Source: Eledone cirrhosa (taxonomy: Eukaryota). Taken from it: a stretch of 64,000 nucleotides of DNA. The stretch lies in contig OZ024750.1 of assembly GCA_964016885.1 (NCBI GenBank), positions 52,204,001 to 52,268,000 on the forward strand, written 5' to 3'. The notes under the pieces were generated by a model. That model worked only from the letters and a program-made list of their open reading frames with translations. It ran no database searches and had not been told where the DNA came from. Positions 26,662 to 39,257 of this stretch are shown here, in pieces; within the stretch, counting starts at the first letter, position 1; every line of letters begins with the position of its first letter. The position numbers were made by a program, and so were the translations under genes.

Positions 26662-27250
26662 AGTAGTGCTGGTACCACGACAAAAACACACCCAGTTCAC
26701 CCTGTAAGGTGGTAGTGCTGGTACCACAACAACAAATGCACCTAGTCCACCCTGTAAGGTGGTAGTGCTGGTACCGTATCAAAAACACACCCAGTCCACC
26801 GTGTAAGCTAGTAGTGTTGGTACCACAACAAAAAATGTACCCAGTCCACCCTGTAAGGTGGTAGTGTTGGTACCACAACAAAAACTGCACCCAGTCCACC
26901 CTGTAAGGTGGTAGTGCTGGTACATTGACAAAAAACACACCCAGTCCACTTTGTAAGCTAGTAGTGCTGATACCACAACAAAAACACACCCAGTCCACTC
27001 TGTGAGGTGGTAGTGCTGGTGCCATGACAAAAAATGCACCCAGTCCACTTTGTAAGGTGCAGGTGTTACAATTAAAATGCTCCCAGTACACAGTGTAAGG
27101 AGGTTGGTATTAGGAAGGGTATCCAGCCATAGAAACCAAACCAAAATGGAATGCAAGATATAGTCACTTGGCTTGTCTAGTCTCAGAATGTAACGCATCT
27201 ATTTTCCATGTAAGCATGAAAAATAGACATTAAACAGTGATGATGATGAT
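26662..27250 (+). repeat. ~50-bp tandem array (x ~8) running into an RTE-type tail
   Basis: CCAGTCCACCCTGTAAGGTGGTAGTGCTGGTACCACAACAAAAA units followed by TTAGGAAGGGTATCCAGCC ... (GAT)n. Confidence 0.88.
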
Positions 27251-28112
27251 GGTTTCAGGGAATATTTACAGAAAAGTTGGACAGATAAAAATTGCATTTG
27301 TAGAAAGAAGGGCTTCCAGCCTGTTTAAAATCAGTTTGAGGGTTTGCTATAGGTTGACTGGGTTGCTAATAACAGCTTCTCTCAAGAAGGTAAAATGCTA
27401 GGGGAATGTGAAAGAACCATGTGTGTATTTTGATTGTTGCAATCTGAAACCAAGAGAAAATCATTTGAGGAGAAAAAAAAACTAGTTGTGTAAACATTTG
27501 ACTTTGCAGATTAATCATACTGCCTATTGATAAGTTTTAATGACTTGCCGGTTTTCTTCTTTTTTTGTCACAATGTTCTCTGGCTTCATCTCAATGTTTT
27601 GACTACATTAACAATTTAATATCCATATTTCTAATAAAAGACGTATATATTTCAAGTGAGGGATTTAGTAATTTAACTAACTAACTTACTTACTTATTAT
27701 CAGCATTGTATGTCCGCTTTCACTGCAAGTAAGGGTTAGATGGTTTGTCAACAGACAGGGTCAGTATTCAAGCAAAGTTACCAACCCATCAGATGGGCTG
27801 AGGTCTTGCATCTTTCTTGTATGCATTCCAGCACTCTACCAAATTCTCAGACAGGTTGGTAGCCTGCACTCACACATCTTTGACACAGCTGAAGAGTCCT
27901 TTTGACCCTTTGTTGAGGTTAGATTGAGTAATATAACTTTCATATTTATTGGATGTTTGGAACATAACTTAAAGATTCTTACTTGAAATTATGACTAAAA
28001 GTTTTAAAATGAATATATAATCACTTAAATCTTTTTGTTACTATATTTTTAATTTTAAAAAAAATATATAATTTTCAAATAATTTAGAAAATTATGAATT
28101 TTGAGGTATTAA

Positions 28113-28317
28113 CCCTTTAGCTTTTAAGCCGGCCAGAATTCTTTTACCACTTTCTATTCAAACCAGCCATAACTTTCTGCTCTTACTGATGTTAAGGTAT
28201 TGTTCTCAAAATAAATATCAATCTCATGGATTCAATATTATGCGAGATATTGTATGAAATAAAGCATTTAGTGTGAAAATACAATAGTAAATATAGAGTA
28301 ATGTAAATGCTAAAGAG
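28113..28317. mobile_element. piggyBac-type MITE (205 bp)
   Basis: TTAA CCCTTTAGC ... GCTAAAGAG TTAA. Confidence 0.85.
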
Positions 28318-28739
28318 TTAAGTAATATAACTAAGTTCCTCATTATTAAGTTGGTGTTTGGAACATAACTTAACAAAGGTTCTTACATTAAATTATGATG
28401 GAAGGTTTTTAGATGAACATTATAAGGGTATCAACCCTTAACTTCTTACACTTGGGCCTGGCTGCATCCAATTTCTTCTGTATAATCTATATATTCTTGA
28501 TATGTTTCAAAATTATATAAAAATCATTGTCAGTCTGTTTCATTAAGAATATGATTATGAAAGTGTAAATGTAAAAATTTATTTTAAAATATGCTTTAAA
28601 AAATAAAATAATTCTTCAAAGCTGGAATATCTGAGAAAGATTTATTTTGTAGACACATATTTAAATCATAATGTACGAAATAGGGAAAGATAAAGTCTGA
28701 GATAGAAAATTTATAGTTATTGTTTGTATTGATTTTTGA

Positions 28740-28976
28740 CCTGTCAAGTGGTAGGAGACCCAGAAGTAGACCCTGAACAAGATGTTTGGATAACATCCAT
28801 GAGCTTGGCTGGTCTTGCTTGGGGATCTAGCTGGATAACATCCATGAGCTTGGCTGGTCTTGCTTGGGGATCTAGCTGGATCAATTTGAGACAATTGTTT
28901 CTGACAGGACCTGCTGGAAGGAGTATTTGAGGACTCTGCTCCCATGACCCTCTCGGGAATAAGTGGACAAAGAAGT
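28740..28976 (+). mobile_element. Old RTE-like LINE 3' end with an internal ~45-bp tandem duplication
   Basis: Encodes GRRPRSRP*TRCLDNIHELGWSCLGI; GGATAACATCCATGAGCTTGGCTGGTCTTGCTTGGGGATCTAGCT occurs twice; related reverse copy near 15780-15920. Confidence 0.65.
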
Positions 28977-29269
28977 CTTCTATAGACTATGATATTGCTC
29001 AATATAGTTTTATATTTACACTATATAGAGATTGAAGTAACAAGTAATCTATCAGTCACTGACATCCAATCTAATCCAGGGCCTTCTCACTCCCGTTGAA
29101 AGAACCCCTCCCTGGTTGATCTTCACCGCTTTCTGATTAGTTTTGGTCATGTCTTCAGGTATGTAGCCATACTCGCTACACTTGGCTAGTTGCAGGTTGG
29201 TGAGACAATAGTGTTCAGTTGTAAAAGGAAAATAGAATTGATTGGAACATTTTGTTAGTTATTAAAAAG

Positions 29270-29712
29270 AAAAAAATAGTTGCATAATCTGTACTTCTTA
29301 CAAAATGCTAACAGAAAAGGTAGACTTTACATGTGACAGATGCACATGGTTGGTGGGTAGTAAGAAGTAGTTGATAGTTTCTGTTACATAGTTGATCTAA
29401 TTATCAGTGGAGGAGGTTGTTCTTGGCTATAAGAGGAATCAGATCTATTGTGGAAGAAAGAATGCACTGGTATGTGATGCATATGGATGTTGAATAGTGG
29501 GTGAAGAAGTACCAGGAGATGCACGTGAAAGGAAGCTGCAGTAGAGGAAGATTGAGAATAACTTGGGATAATGTAGTTGTAGCTGATCTCAAAATGCTGT
29601 ACCTTGCAGAGCAGATGATGAAGGAACTCTACAAGTGGAAGCGGCTGTGCAAGAAATGGCTCCTAACTCGTGTAATTATTGGGAAAAAAAAACAACTATA
29701 AAATGGTGATTG
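29270..29712 (+). pseudogene. Highly decayed RTE LINE C-terminal fragment
   Basis: RGIRSIVEERMHWY and VKKYQEMHVKGSCSRGRLRITWDNVVVADLK resemble the C-terminus of the younger copies. Confidence 0.65.
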
Positions 29713-29917
29713 ATAAGTGTTGAACACCTTTTATTTTGGCTGTTGGTGTATAACACCAAAATGTTATCTCAATTAACTCTTGATGTTATATCTATCAACA
29801 CTTGAATTTTCTCACTTTTATATCAGTCGTCTTACTAAGGTCACAATGGTTCACTTATGGTATCTACAAGTATAACCTAAAAATAATCAGTCAAATTATT
29901 ATCTCTTTATATTTATA

Positions 29918-30529
29918 CTAGCATTAAAGCTCAGTGTTGCTCGAGGTCAGTAAGTTACCAAAGTTAGGTTGCACCACCCATTTTAAGGCAGCACTTTTTT
30001 GTCTGCCAGGCACTGGGTGAATGAATTGCAGACCTGGACTGCCGAAGCAAGAGCTGCGCCAGCAGTGACAATTGTAGTTTCGCCTATGGATATTATCTCT
30101 GTACAAAGAAGTGTTGAAATTTATTGTATCACAGTACTTACACACATGCGTAGACGATGCCAGCCGAACAACAGAGCTGCGATGGAGTTGTTCTGCATGG
30201 TTGTCTGTGTTTTCTAAATTTAAGACAGTAGGGAGGGGTGTGATATGGGAGAGAGTTAGCTTCTGTTTCTAGCAGGTTTAGTGACCTCATAGAGGATATT
30301 GTGTATAGTAAATAAACTGATACTTCTTTCTTTCACGTTCGTTGAGAGATGTTTTAAAAAAGATTAATCGCTATGTTTTTTGTTGTTGAATAAATTTATC
30401 TGTTGCTTTTGAATAATTGTTGTTTGGTATGAATTGTAATAAGTTCTCTTTGTTGTCATTGAAGTAAATAAATCTTTGACCGTGCCACACTCAAAAACAA
30501 ACGTTCTCTCTCTCTCTCTCTCTCTTTCT

Positions 30530-30608
<79 letters not shown>

Positions 30609-30931
30609 CTTCATTTCTTTCTCTCTTCTTTCTTCCGAGTTCCTAAAGGAAGTTTGTAAGGAGGGGGTTTAAGCGTATATAAGAGAAAGTTGCAGCATGT
30701 ATGTAGTTTTATCGAATTTTAAGGGGAGTTGAGAAGAAACCTGATTGTATTAGAGGGGTAAAGCGTCATGTATTTAGTTTAATCGATTATTTCCGTAATT
30801 GTGGGTGAGTTGGAAAAAAATAAATAGTCGTTGACCTAAGTTAGACCATTTACAACATTCTTACAGACTTTGAGTCGAATCGGTTTGAAATTGCGCGTGC
30901 ACACACACACACTGCCTTTTATAGATAATGA
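29918..30931 (-). mobile_element. Non-autonomous Helitron-like element (~1 kb) with internal (CT)n
   Basis: Minus strand begins TC...TATAAAAGGCAGTGTGTG and ends CGAGCAACACTGAG...GCTAG (degenerate subterminal hairpin plus CTAG); similar 3' end at 57535-57561. Confidence 0.55.
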
Positions 30932-31210
30932 TATATATATATATCAATAAACAAAAATGACTGGCAGTAGGCTAATGAAATATTATTAGTACAGGCTAAT
31001 ATTATATTATACTGTTTGTTGAATTTAGAAGGTGGATTGTGAGTTGGCATTCAGTTTATGGTGTTTGCTAAGTGTTTTGTGGACTGATCAGAGCAATAAT
31101 GGTTATATTTATGTATATATATATATATGTGTGTGTGTGAATGTGTATATATATAATTTAAATTAAGATATATGTACTGAGAGTGAGAGAAAGAGCTATA
31201 TATTGTTTGT

Positions 31211-31453
31211 AGGTGTCACGACAAAAAAACAACACAGTCCACGCTGTAGGTAACACGGTAAAAAGTTCCCAGTTCCACACTGTAAATGTGGTTGGTGTTA
31301 GGAAGGGCATCCAGCCGTAGAAAACCTGCCAGATATATATATGAGCGAGACATGGTCAACCGACCTACCTTGCCTCAAATGAGACAACTCCTGTCTAACC
31401 CATGCTAGCGTGGAAGATGGACGTTACACGAAGATGATGATGATGATGATGAT
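31211..31453 (+). mobile_element. RTE-LINE 3' tail fragment
   Basis: Near-identical to 59490-59744; ends in (GAT)n. Confidence 0.85.
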
Positions 31454-32188
31454 TAGATGAACTTTAAAAGTATATGGTTTGGTATCCTAGATCTAGGGAT
31501 GGTTTTCAGGTGGTTTGGTATAAAATAAAATACAAACAGTTTTATATCATAGAACCAGGGACAGTTTCTGTCAGTTTAAAAACTTGTCTTATTGTTTCTT
31601 TTCAAAACAAGTCTGGCAGAAAATAATTTGAAAGCAGTGAATTTGCTGAGTTGTTGAAGCATATTATTTATAGTATTTGTTCCAGCTTTCTGCACTCTGA
31701 GTTCAAATCCTGTTATGGTGAAACTTTGCCTTTTATCATTAATTTCTGGGGTTGTTAAAGTACCTGTTCAGGCTGGTTGATTAGTGGAATTCTTAGTGAT
31801 TATCTGGGTGATGCCTTGTATTTGTTCTGGGCTCTTGAATCCCATTGTCTTACTTTGGTGGTAGACTTCATGTCATCTGGCTTATCTTTATCCCTTTTGA
31901 TACCAAACCACCTGAAACCCTGTTTCTTTTAATTTCATCTAAGAACCTTTTGTTATTCTCTAATCACTAGCTTAATGAGAAATCTATTTACACTAAAACC
32001 CTTCAAATTCTTAGTTATTTTCAAAATTATTTAAAAATTACAAGAAATATGAAAATGAAAGAGTTAAACCTTTTGATACTAAACCATATATTTTAAAGTG
32101 TTTATATTAATCTAAAATCCTTCCATCATAATTTTATGTAAAAACTTTCTAAGATATGTTCATTTATATGTTATATATGTGTGTGTGC

Positions 32189-32219
<31 letters not shown>

Positions 32220-32433
32220 ATCATTTAACATCTGCTTCCCCTCCTAGCAAGGAGGGGCGGAATCTGCATCTCGCGCTCTGAGTGCACAGGAGAGGTTGTT
32301 ACATCCTTGACACAACTCGAAGGTCCTCCCAACTCTTTGATAGTGAGCTTTCTATACCTGGATGCCCTTCCTATCACCAACACTAGGGAGGATGTTGAGT
32401 CCTTGACACAACTGAAAGGTTCTCTAGACTGCT

Positions 32434-32475
<42 letters not shown>

Positions 32476-32545
32476 ATCAAGGTCAAGCAAATAGAGAACA
32501 AGTTTTAGAATAAATTTCAAAAAATGTTACTGTACTTACTACATA

Positions 32546-32618
<73 letters not shown>

Positions 32619-33887
32619 CCATCCATCTTTCTATGGCTGGATATATAAGTATTGTCTCTGGGAAAACTCCAGAATATCAAGCTACTGTCTCGATCATAAG
32701 AAACTATTAACACCAGCTTAATAATGAAAAAGTTATATTACTAACTCCCTCCAAATTCTTGATTTTAAAATTATAGGCAGTGAAATATAAATGGGTTAAT
32801 AGTCAACTTTCAGATATTTGGGGCAGTTTTCCAGTTTAACTTTTTACCCTTCCTCACGAAACAGTAAACAAATGGTTTAAAAATCAGTTTAATTTTACTC
32901 AACAATAAATGTCTTTATTTTTTGTCATGACTTCCTTTTGTCGGTCTTATTCAAAACTGTTTGTGTAGTCTTTTAGCTTCATTCAGTCCATATGATGAGG
33001 GAAACATTTTATCTGGATGCTTCAACTGTTTACCTTAAGTGGTCTTGTTTCTTTTGAAAACAAAACCTTGACAGTAAATACTTGTCTCATGAGTTGAATA
33101 GAAAGGTTTTTAGGGACCTGTTTATGTCACTTTCCATTTCATGGTCATTCTTACGTCTCTTGTTCTTCTCACACCGTTCTTTTTCTAATGATAACTCATG
33201 GATTATGTATTTGTTATGCCAACTCTGTCTGCATGTATGTAAGGTTGTATGTATGGGTATACATGTGTATGTACATAATTCTATGTCCAACTCATGCCAG
33301 CATAGGAAAACTGTGTAAAAATGATGATGATGATGATGATTCTGCTCCTGTCAGTAGCACTTGGTTGAATAAAAAAAATAAAAATTACAATAGAGAATGA
33401 CTTGGTAGCATATACCATGCTTCCACTTATTGTTTTAGGTGCTCACAAACATAGACATCCTCTCATACCTGACCCAGCACTGGACAAGAGGATAGAGCTG
33501 GCACGGGCAACCTTTTTCGAGCTGGATGAGGTATGGCTCATAAGACATGCCAATGGGCGCCGGCCACATGGTGGCCAGATTTTGTCCGTGGCTGGGACAG
33601 AGTATAAATCTGAGTATGAAAGGTGCTATGGAAGGGAGCAGAATACTGGTTATTTTATCTTTCACATTTCTAGGATTGACAAGATAAAATACTAGTCTAG
33701 CGACAAGGAATTACAGCATCTGATCCCAGCCTATGCGTTCTGAGTTCAAATCCTATCCTTTATTACCAGGAGTTGCAACTGGCAGATAATATCACCAATG
33801 GAAACATTGTTTCCTTAGTCCAATCTATCAGTCAGCTTCTTTCTTTTGTTATAGTGTTTTATGTGGAATATTTTCTATATATTCCAG

Positions 33888-34029
33888 GTGGTATTGCAGT
33901 ATGGCAACTGGTGGACAATTACAAGACCTTTGTACAGATGTCTGCTTCTGTAGAACATGATAGTATTGTAACTACTGTTAGTCCTTTTGCTGATTCCAAA
34001 AAAGTCTTATCTGCTAGTCACGACAAATC
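33888..34029 (+). CDS. WDR77: WDR77/MEP50 exon, 142 bp, phase 1-2
   Basis: ttccag acceptor and TC/gtaagt donor; GIAVWQLVDNYKTFVQMSASVEHDSIVTTVSPFADSKKVLSASHDKS is a WD40 repeat matching MEP50 EHDDIVSTVS...SGSKD; in phase with the previous exon. Confidence 0.92.
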
Positions 34030-34071
34030 GTAAGTATCATTATTATCATTATTATTACTATCACTAAAAGA

Positions 34072-34290
34072 ACAGTGGGTTGATAGAATTGGTAGAGCGT
34101 CGGACAAAATGCTTTGTTGCATTTAGTTACGGCCCTTTACATTGAGTTCAAATTTCTCCAATGTCAACTTTGCATTTCATCATTCCAGGAATTGATAAAA
34201 TAAAGCACCAGTGAAATACTGGGCTCGATATAATTAACTTTCCCCTAATTTGCTTTCTTTGTGCCAAAATTAGAAATTATTATTATTATC
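34072..34290 (+). mobile_element. tRNA-derived SINE, family A (diverged)
   Basis: GAATTGGTAGAGCGTCGGAC, GAGTTCAAAT, GATAAAATAAAGCACCAGT and an (ATT)n tail. Confidence 0.75.
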
Positions 34291-34920
34291 GCCATAATTC
34301 TTGATAAGATTTGATGGGGAGGAATAAGCTATTTTGAGAGTCGATGAGTTTTTTTTTTAAAACCTTTTGTCGACACTGAGGTTCCTTGACCTGTTCAGTG
34401 TCAAAAATTGCCACCCATTTTGAGGAATTCCTATTTAAATTTAAATCTTCAACAGAATTTTCTCTAAGAACCATATATTAACTTACTACTTTAGTAATGA
34501 AATAATCAATAATTTAAGTCCATCAAAATTCTTTTTGTTGATTAATTATGTCAGTGTTTCATTAGAATTACAGTCATGATTCTGCAAAATGGTAGTGCCA
34601 TAATGTAAGGCAGTAGTGCTGGTGCCACAAGAAAAAACGCCCTGTGAGTGAAACTGGAACCTCATTGCCTAAACTGACAAAACTCCATTCTATTTCTATA
34701 TTCAATTTATTGATGGTGTGTGTATTTTTGTTTAATCGGTACACCATATGCCTGCATGTAAGATTTGGCTAATAGGCTTGGCACCAGGCAGGGTGTCTGG
34801 CTGTAAAACATTACCTCAAAAAGCCCCATCCAACCCATAGAAAATGAAAATTATGACAACAATGAAAGAAAACCAGCCTAAAATCTTGTTTTCTTCTTCC
34901 TCACCTCCAATATATTTCAG

Positions 34921-34970
34921 TTTGAAAATCTGGGACCTTGAAACACTGAATTCAACCACAACTTATCAAG
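34921..34970 (+). CDS. WDR77: WDR77/MEP50 exon, 50 bp, phase 2-1
   Basis: tttcag acceptor and AAG/gtaag donor; LKIWDLETLNSTTTYQ completes the WD dipeptide (MEP50 IKVWDL...SYR). Confidence 0.9.
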
Positions 34971-36419
34971 GTAAGATTTGTTTTTTTGTTAATTTCATTC
35001 AATTTAAGAAGTGTCATTGTTGTGTTTGTTCTCCTCACATAGTTGTTGGGGGTTCTCTACTGATAACTTGTCTTGTTGACAACTATTTTCATTATTGCAA
35101 TTGTAAAATTTAGGTATCTCTCTCTCTCTCTCTCTTTTTTTCTCTCTCTCTTTTCTCTCTCTCTCTCTCTCTTTTCTCTCTCTCTCTCTCTCTCTCTCGT
35201 ATGTTAATAGGCAAGAGTGAAGGTGTAGTGCAAAACTCTTTATGACCCAGGATCAAGCTGACTGGTGAGATTCCATAATATAAAAGACCCTGCTCACCAA
35301 TACAGCCTTGGTATCAATGTCAAGTGGTTGCTGATGTAGTGGGGACAATATAGAGAAAACCCATTTGTTAGTTTGGCCAAAAATATGACAATCCTTCTAT
35401 TGCTGGTGCCAGGATAAAATGCACCATGTAAAGTGGTAGTGGTTGGTGTAAGGAAGGGTATCCAGCTGTAGAAACCATGTCAAAATATGGAACACATGAA
35501 CAAGACATCGTTGTCTGACCAGTTTATCCTCAGACCGTGCTTACTTGACCAACCCATGCCAGCATGAAAAACAGACGTAAAATGGTGGCGATATAATATA
35601 TACTTTAATTACACAGAATTTGGATCATATGAGTAAAACATTTCCTGACCAGTCTGTTTGTCCTTGATAACCTGTCAAACCCATACCAGTATAGTAGACA
35701 TAAAATGATGATAATGTATGTCATTTCCAGACATTGCTCATATATTTTTATTTTTTGTACAAAGAGCATTATAGGAGATGGTTGCATACATTTGTGTATA
35801 TTTGTTTATATTTATACATGTATGTTTATGTATTTATTTATGCATGTGTGTTTATATGTGTATGTTTGTGTGTGTTTATATGTGTATGTTTGTGTGTGTT
35901 TATATGCATGTGTGAGTGTGTGTATATACCACCTGCAGCACTACTTATATAATCTGAGTGTATAATTTATCTACATCCGTTATGTTTGCTGAACACACTG
36001 TACTGTTGATAGACCTTACATAACTCACTGACTCACAAATAGTCTAGAAAATATGCTACATTTAAAAAAATGAATTTATTTTATTTGTCTTTATATTACT
36101 TTGCGTGTTTCTTCATCATCATCACTGTTCAACATCTATTTTCCAGTCTTGCATAGGTTAGATGGATTATCACGTTCTAAGGCTTCACTTCATGTGACAT
36201 GTTGCTTATATGCTCAGTTAATGCCAACAACTTTACAGCATGTATTGAGAGCAAGTATTTTGTTGTGGCATTAGCACTATCTCTTTACAATGTGGACTTG
36301 GTGTTTTTTTTTTTATTGTCTCACCAGCACAATTGAGGCATAACTTAACCATATATCAAGGAAATGCTGAGGACCACAATACATTGCTGAATTTGCCACG
36401 ATGGGTTGGTGAAGATATT

Positions 36420-37573
36420 TGGCCTAGTGGTTAGTGTGTTGGACTAACAATCATAAGGTCATGGGTTTGATTTCTCAACTGAACAGTGCATTGTGTTCTT
36501 CAGCAACACACTTCATGTAATGATACAGGTTGACTTGGCTCAGCTGAACTTCCTAACGGAGATGACACAGGACTGAGATCTGTCACTACAATGTATGACA
36601 CAGGACTGGGACCTCTGTCACTACAACGGAGATGACACAGGACTGACACCTCTGTCACTACAATGTATGACACAGGACTGGGACCTCTGTCACTACAATG
36701 TATGACACAGGACTGGGACCTCTGTCACTACAATGGAGATGATACAGGACTGGGACCTCTGTCACTACAATGTATGACACAGGACTGGGACCTCTGTCAC
36801 TACAATGTATGACACAGGACTGGGACCTCTGTCACTACAATGTATGACACAGGACTGGGACCTCTGTCACTACAATGTATGACACAGGACTGGGACCTCT
36901 GTCACTACAATGGAGATGACACAGGACTGGGACCTCTGTCACTACAATGTATGACACAGGACTGGGACCTCTGTCACTACAATGTATGACACAGGACTGG
37001 GACCTCTGTCACTACAATGGAGATGACACAGGACTGGGACCTCTGTCACTACAATGGAGATGACACAGGACTGGGACCTCTGTCACTACAATGGAGATGA
37101 CACAGGACTGGGACCTCTGTCACTACAATGGAGATGACACAGGACTGGGACCTCTGTCACTACAATGGAGATGACACAGGACTGGGACCTCTGTCACTAC
37201 AATGGAGATGACACAGGACTGACACCTCTGTCACTACAATGGAGATGACATAGGACTGGGACCTCTGTCACTACAATGGAGATGACACAGGACTGACACT
37301 TCTGTCACTACAATGGAGATGACACAGGACTGACACCTCTGTCACTACAATGTATGACACAGGACTGGGACCTCTGTCACTACAATGTATGACAAAAGAC
37401 CTGAGCTGACAGCCCAGCCCACAATAGGACCACCCACTATCACAACACAGTCCTGACATGTATGGCACGGCCGGCCACGTAGCCAGACATATCTCATAGC
37501 AGGACCACCAAGTTATGTGGGCGACCCGTCTAACCCATGCTAGCATGGAAAAATAGATGTTAAACAGTGATGA
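36420..37573 (+). mobile_element. Family B SINE with internal tandem expansion (35/37-bp unit x ~23 at 36560-37392) and RTE-type tail
   Basis: Head TGGCCTAGTGGTTAG; array GACACAGGACTGGGACCTCTGTCACTACAAT(GTAT/GGAGAT); tail AACCCATGCTAGCATGGAA...GATGAT. Confidence 0.85.
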
Positions 37574-38003
37574 TATATATATATATATTTGGTATTTTAG
37601 CAATGTAGATATACTGGCAGTCTGCTATGAAACATTGTCTATTTACTATTTAATTCTTATCTCATTTTATTAGACATTAAGAGCAGTGTAGTAGATATTA
37701 AGTAGGGGGAGATATATAGAGAGTTAGACTGGATGTCTGGAACTTGACTGGCATTGGTTCAAATTCCATTCCGGTCAACTTTCCCTTTGTCCCCAGGGAT
37801 CAATAAAATGTGGCAAATTTATTTTGGTTTTGGGTGTTTAGTTGAGGTAGTTGGCACCTCTCTTGGAATGTCTTTTAATTTTTTTAGCATACAAACAAGG
37901 GAGGAAAACTGTTTGATACCTTATCTATCTCTGACCAAGCTCCTAGGTGAATTGGTAGAATGGTAGGACAAAATGAGAACTAGTACTATATTTATGAAGT
38001 GTT

Positions 38004-38079
38004 TCACCGAAGTTGAGCAACGTTGAGCCTAGTTAGTACTTAGATGGGTGACCGCTTGGGAACCCTAGGTGCCGTAAGC
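38004..38079 (+). pseudogene. 5S rRNA pseudogene (3' two-thirds, ~nt 43-119)
   Basis: TCACCGAAGTTGAGCAACGTTGAGCCTAGTTAGTACTTAGATGGGTGACCGCTTGGGAACCCTAGGTGCCGTAAGC matches metazoan 5S, including A-box and C-box regions; 5' ~42 nt absent. Confidence 0.9.
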
Positions 38080-38496
38080 GTTAACGTCCAGACCCATGCT
38101 AGCGTGGAAGATGGATGTTAAACGATGATGATGATGATGATGATTATAGAACCCTGAGGTGGCGAATTAGCAGTCATCATGGATGGAATGTTTTGCAATA
38201 TTTGAGATCTCTGCACTATTAGTTCAAATCTCGTCAACTTTGCTTTTCATCCTTTCTAGGTTGATACAAAAAAGTACCAGTCCAGTACTGGGATTTGAAC
38301 TCTTGGCATAAAGAACTGCAACTGAATGCCGCAAAGTATTTTTTCCGGTACCCTACCAATTCTGCTAATCCACTGCCACTGCGATCCTCATATTTGTATA
38401 ATTAATATATGATGATAATGAAGTAGCTGTTTAGGTCTAGTAATTTCATACCTAAAGTCTCACACATTTCTACTTTGCTATCAAGTAAACTTGCTT

Positions 38497-38670
38497 CACC
38501 ATTATCATCACTATCATCACTGCCACCATGGCCACCACTACCATCATTACCACCACTTCTATCACTATTACCACCACCACTACTATCATTATCACCACTA
38601 CTATCATCATTGCCACCACTACTATCACCATTGCCGCCACTTCTATCACCATCACCACCACCACCATCAT
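38497..38670. repeat. Degenerate (CAC/CAT/TAC)n trinucleotide tract
   Basis: Low-complexity triplets; source of the His/Thr/Gly ORFs. Confidence 0.9.
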
Positions 38671-39014
38671 TTTTACAGCTGTCTTCATGCTGACAGGTCT
38701 CTTCACTCATCTTATGCTCCATGTCCTTTACAGACAGCAACAGAAATAACCTGTGAAGTTTGTTGTTGTCTCACAGAGTTAACTGGGTACATTTTACCAT
38801 AGATTTATTGTTCCATGTGGAATATTCATCTATCCTTTAATTTTTTTGATACTACTCAAAGTTGCCTCTAGTTCTATGAAACAGAACCATTTATTTTAAA
38901 AGGTTTGTATTTACATTAAAACCTTCCAACATAATTTAAGAACCTTTAGTAAAATTTTGTTACAAATATGATTTTTATAATGTATTTAGTAAATCTCTGC
39001 AAAATCTTCATTAA

Positions 39015-39257
39015 CCCATTTGATACCAAACTGCTTGGAACTGTACTTGGTTGTATGATGCATAACAGTACATTTTAAAGTGTTTATATTTATCTAAAAA
39101 CCTTCCATCATAATTTTATGTAAGAACCTTTAAGCTATGTTCCGAACACCACCTTGATAAGAAATTTATATTTCTAATTTCCTTAATTTTTTTTTTTAAA
39201 TTATTATTTTCAACATTACTTGAGTGGGTTTTCATTAGAAATATTGTAACGGAAGGG
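39015..39257. mobile_element. piggyBac-type MITE, second family
   Basis: TTAA CCCATTTGATACC...GTAACGGAAGGG; ends resemble the TIR of 51132-53744; many decayed relatives (e.g. ~18900, 27950, 31890, 32066, 63240). Confidence 0.65.

Noticed and set aside
29115-29165. Hammerhead (minus strand CTGAAGA...GAAA)
   Set aside because: Triplet is GUG and stem I does not pair
33402-33695. 97-aa ORF upstream of a WDR77 exon
   Set aside because: Only DKRIELARATFFELDEVW is recognisable and it resembles a LINE RT fragment; no splice or homology support as a host gene
36560-37392. CRISPR-like appearance (35-37-bp palindromic repeats)
   Set aside because: Units are contiguous with no unique spacers, there are no cas genes, and the context is eukaryotic and inside a SINE; the same applies to the 22186 and 26662 arrays
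38004-38079. Functional 5S rRNA gene
   Set aside because: Missing the 5' ~42 nt and the oligo-T terminator; reported as pseudogene/chimera instead
38402-38802. Gly/Asp/Ser-rich and His-rich ORFs
   Set aside because: Trinucleotide low-complexity tract open in several frames
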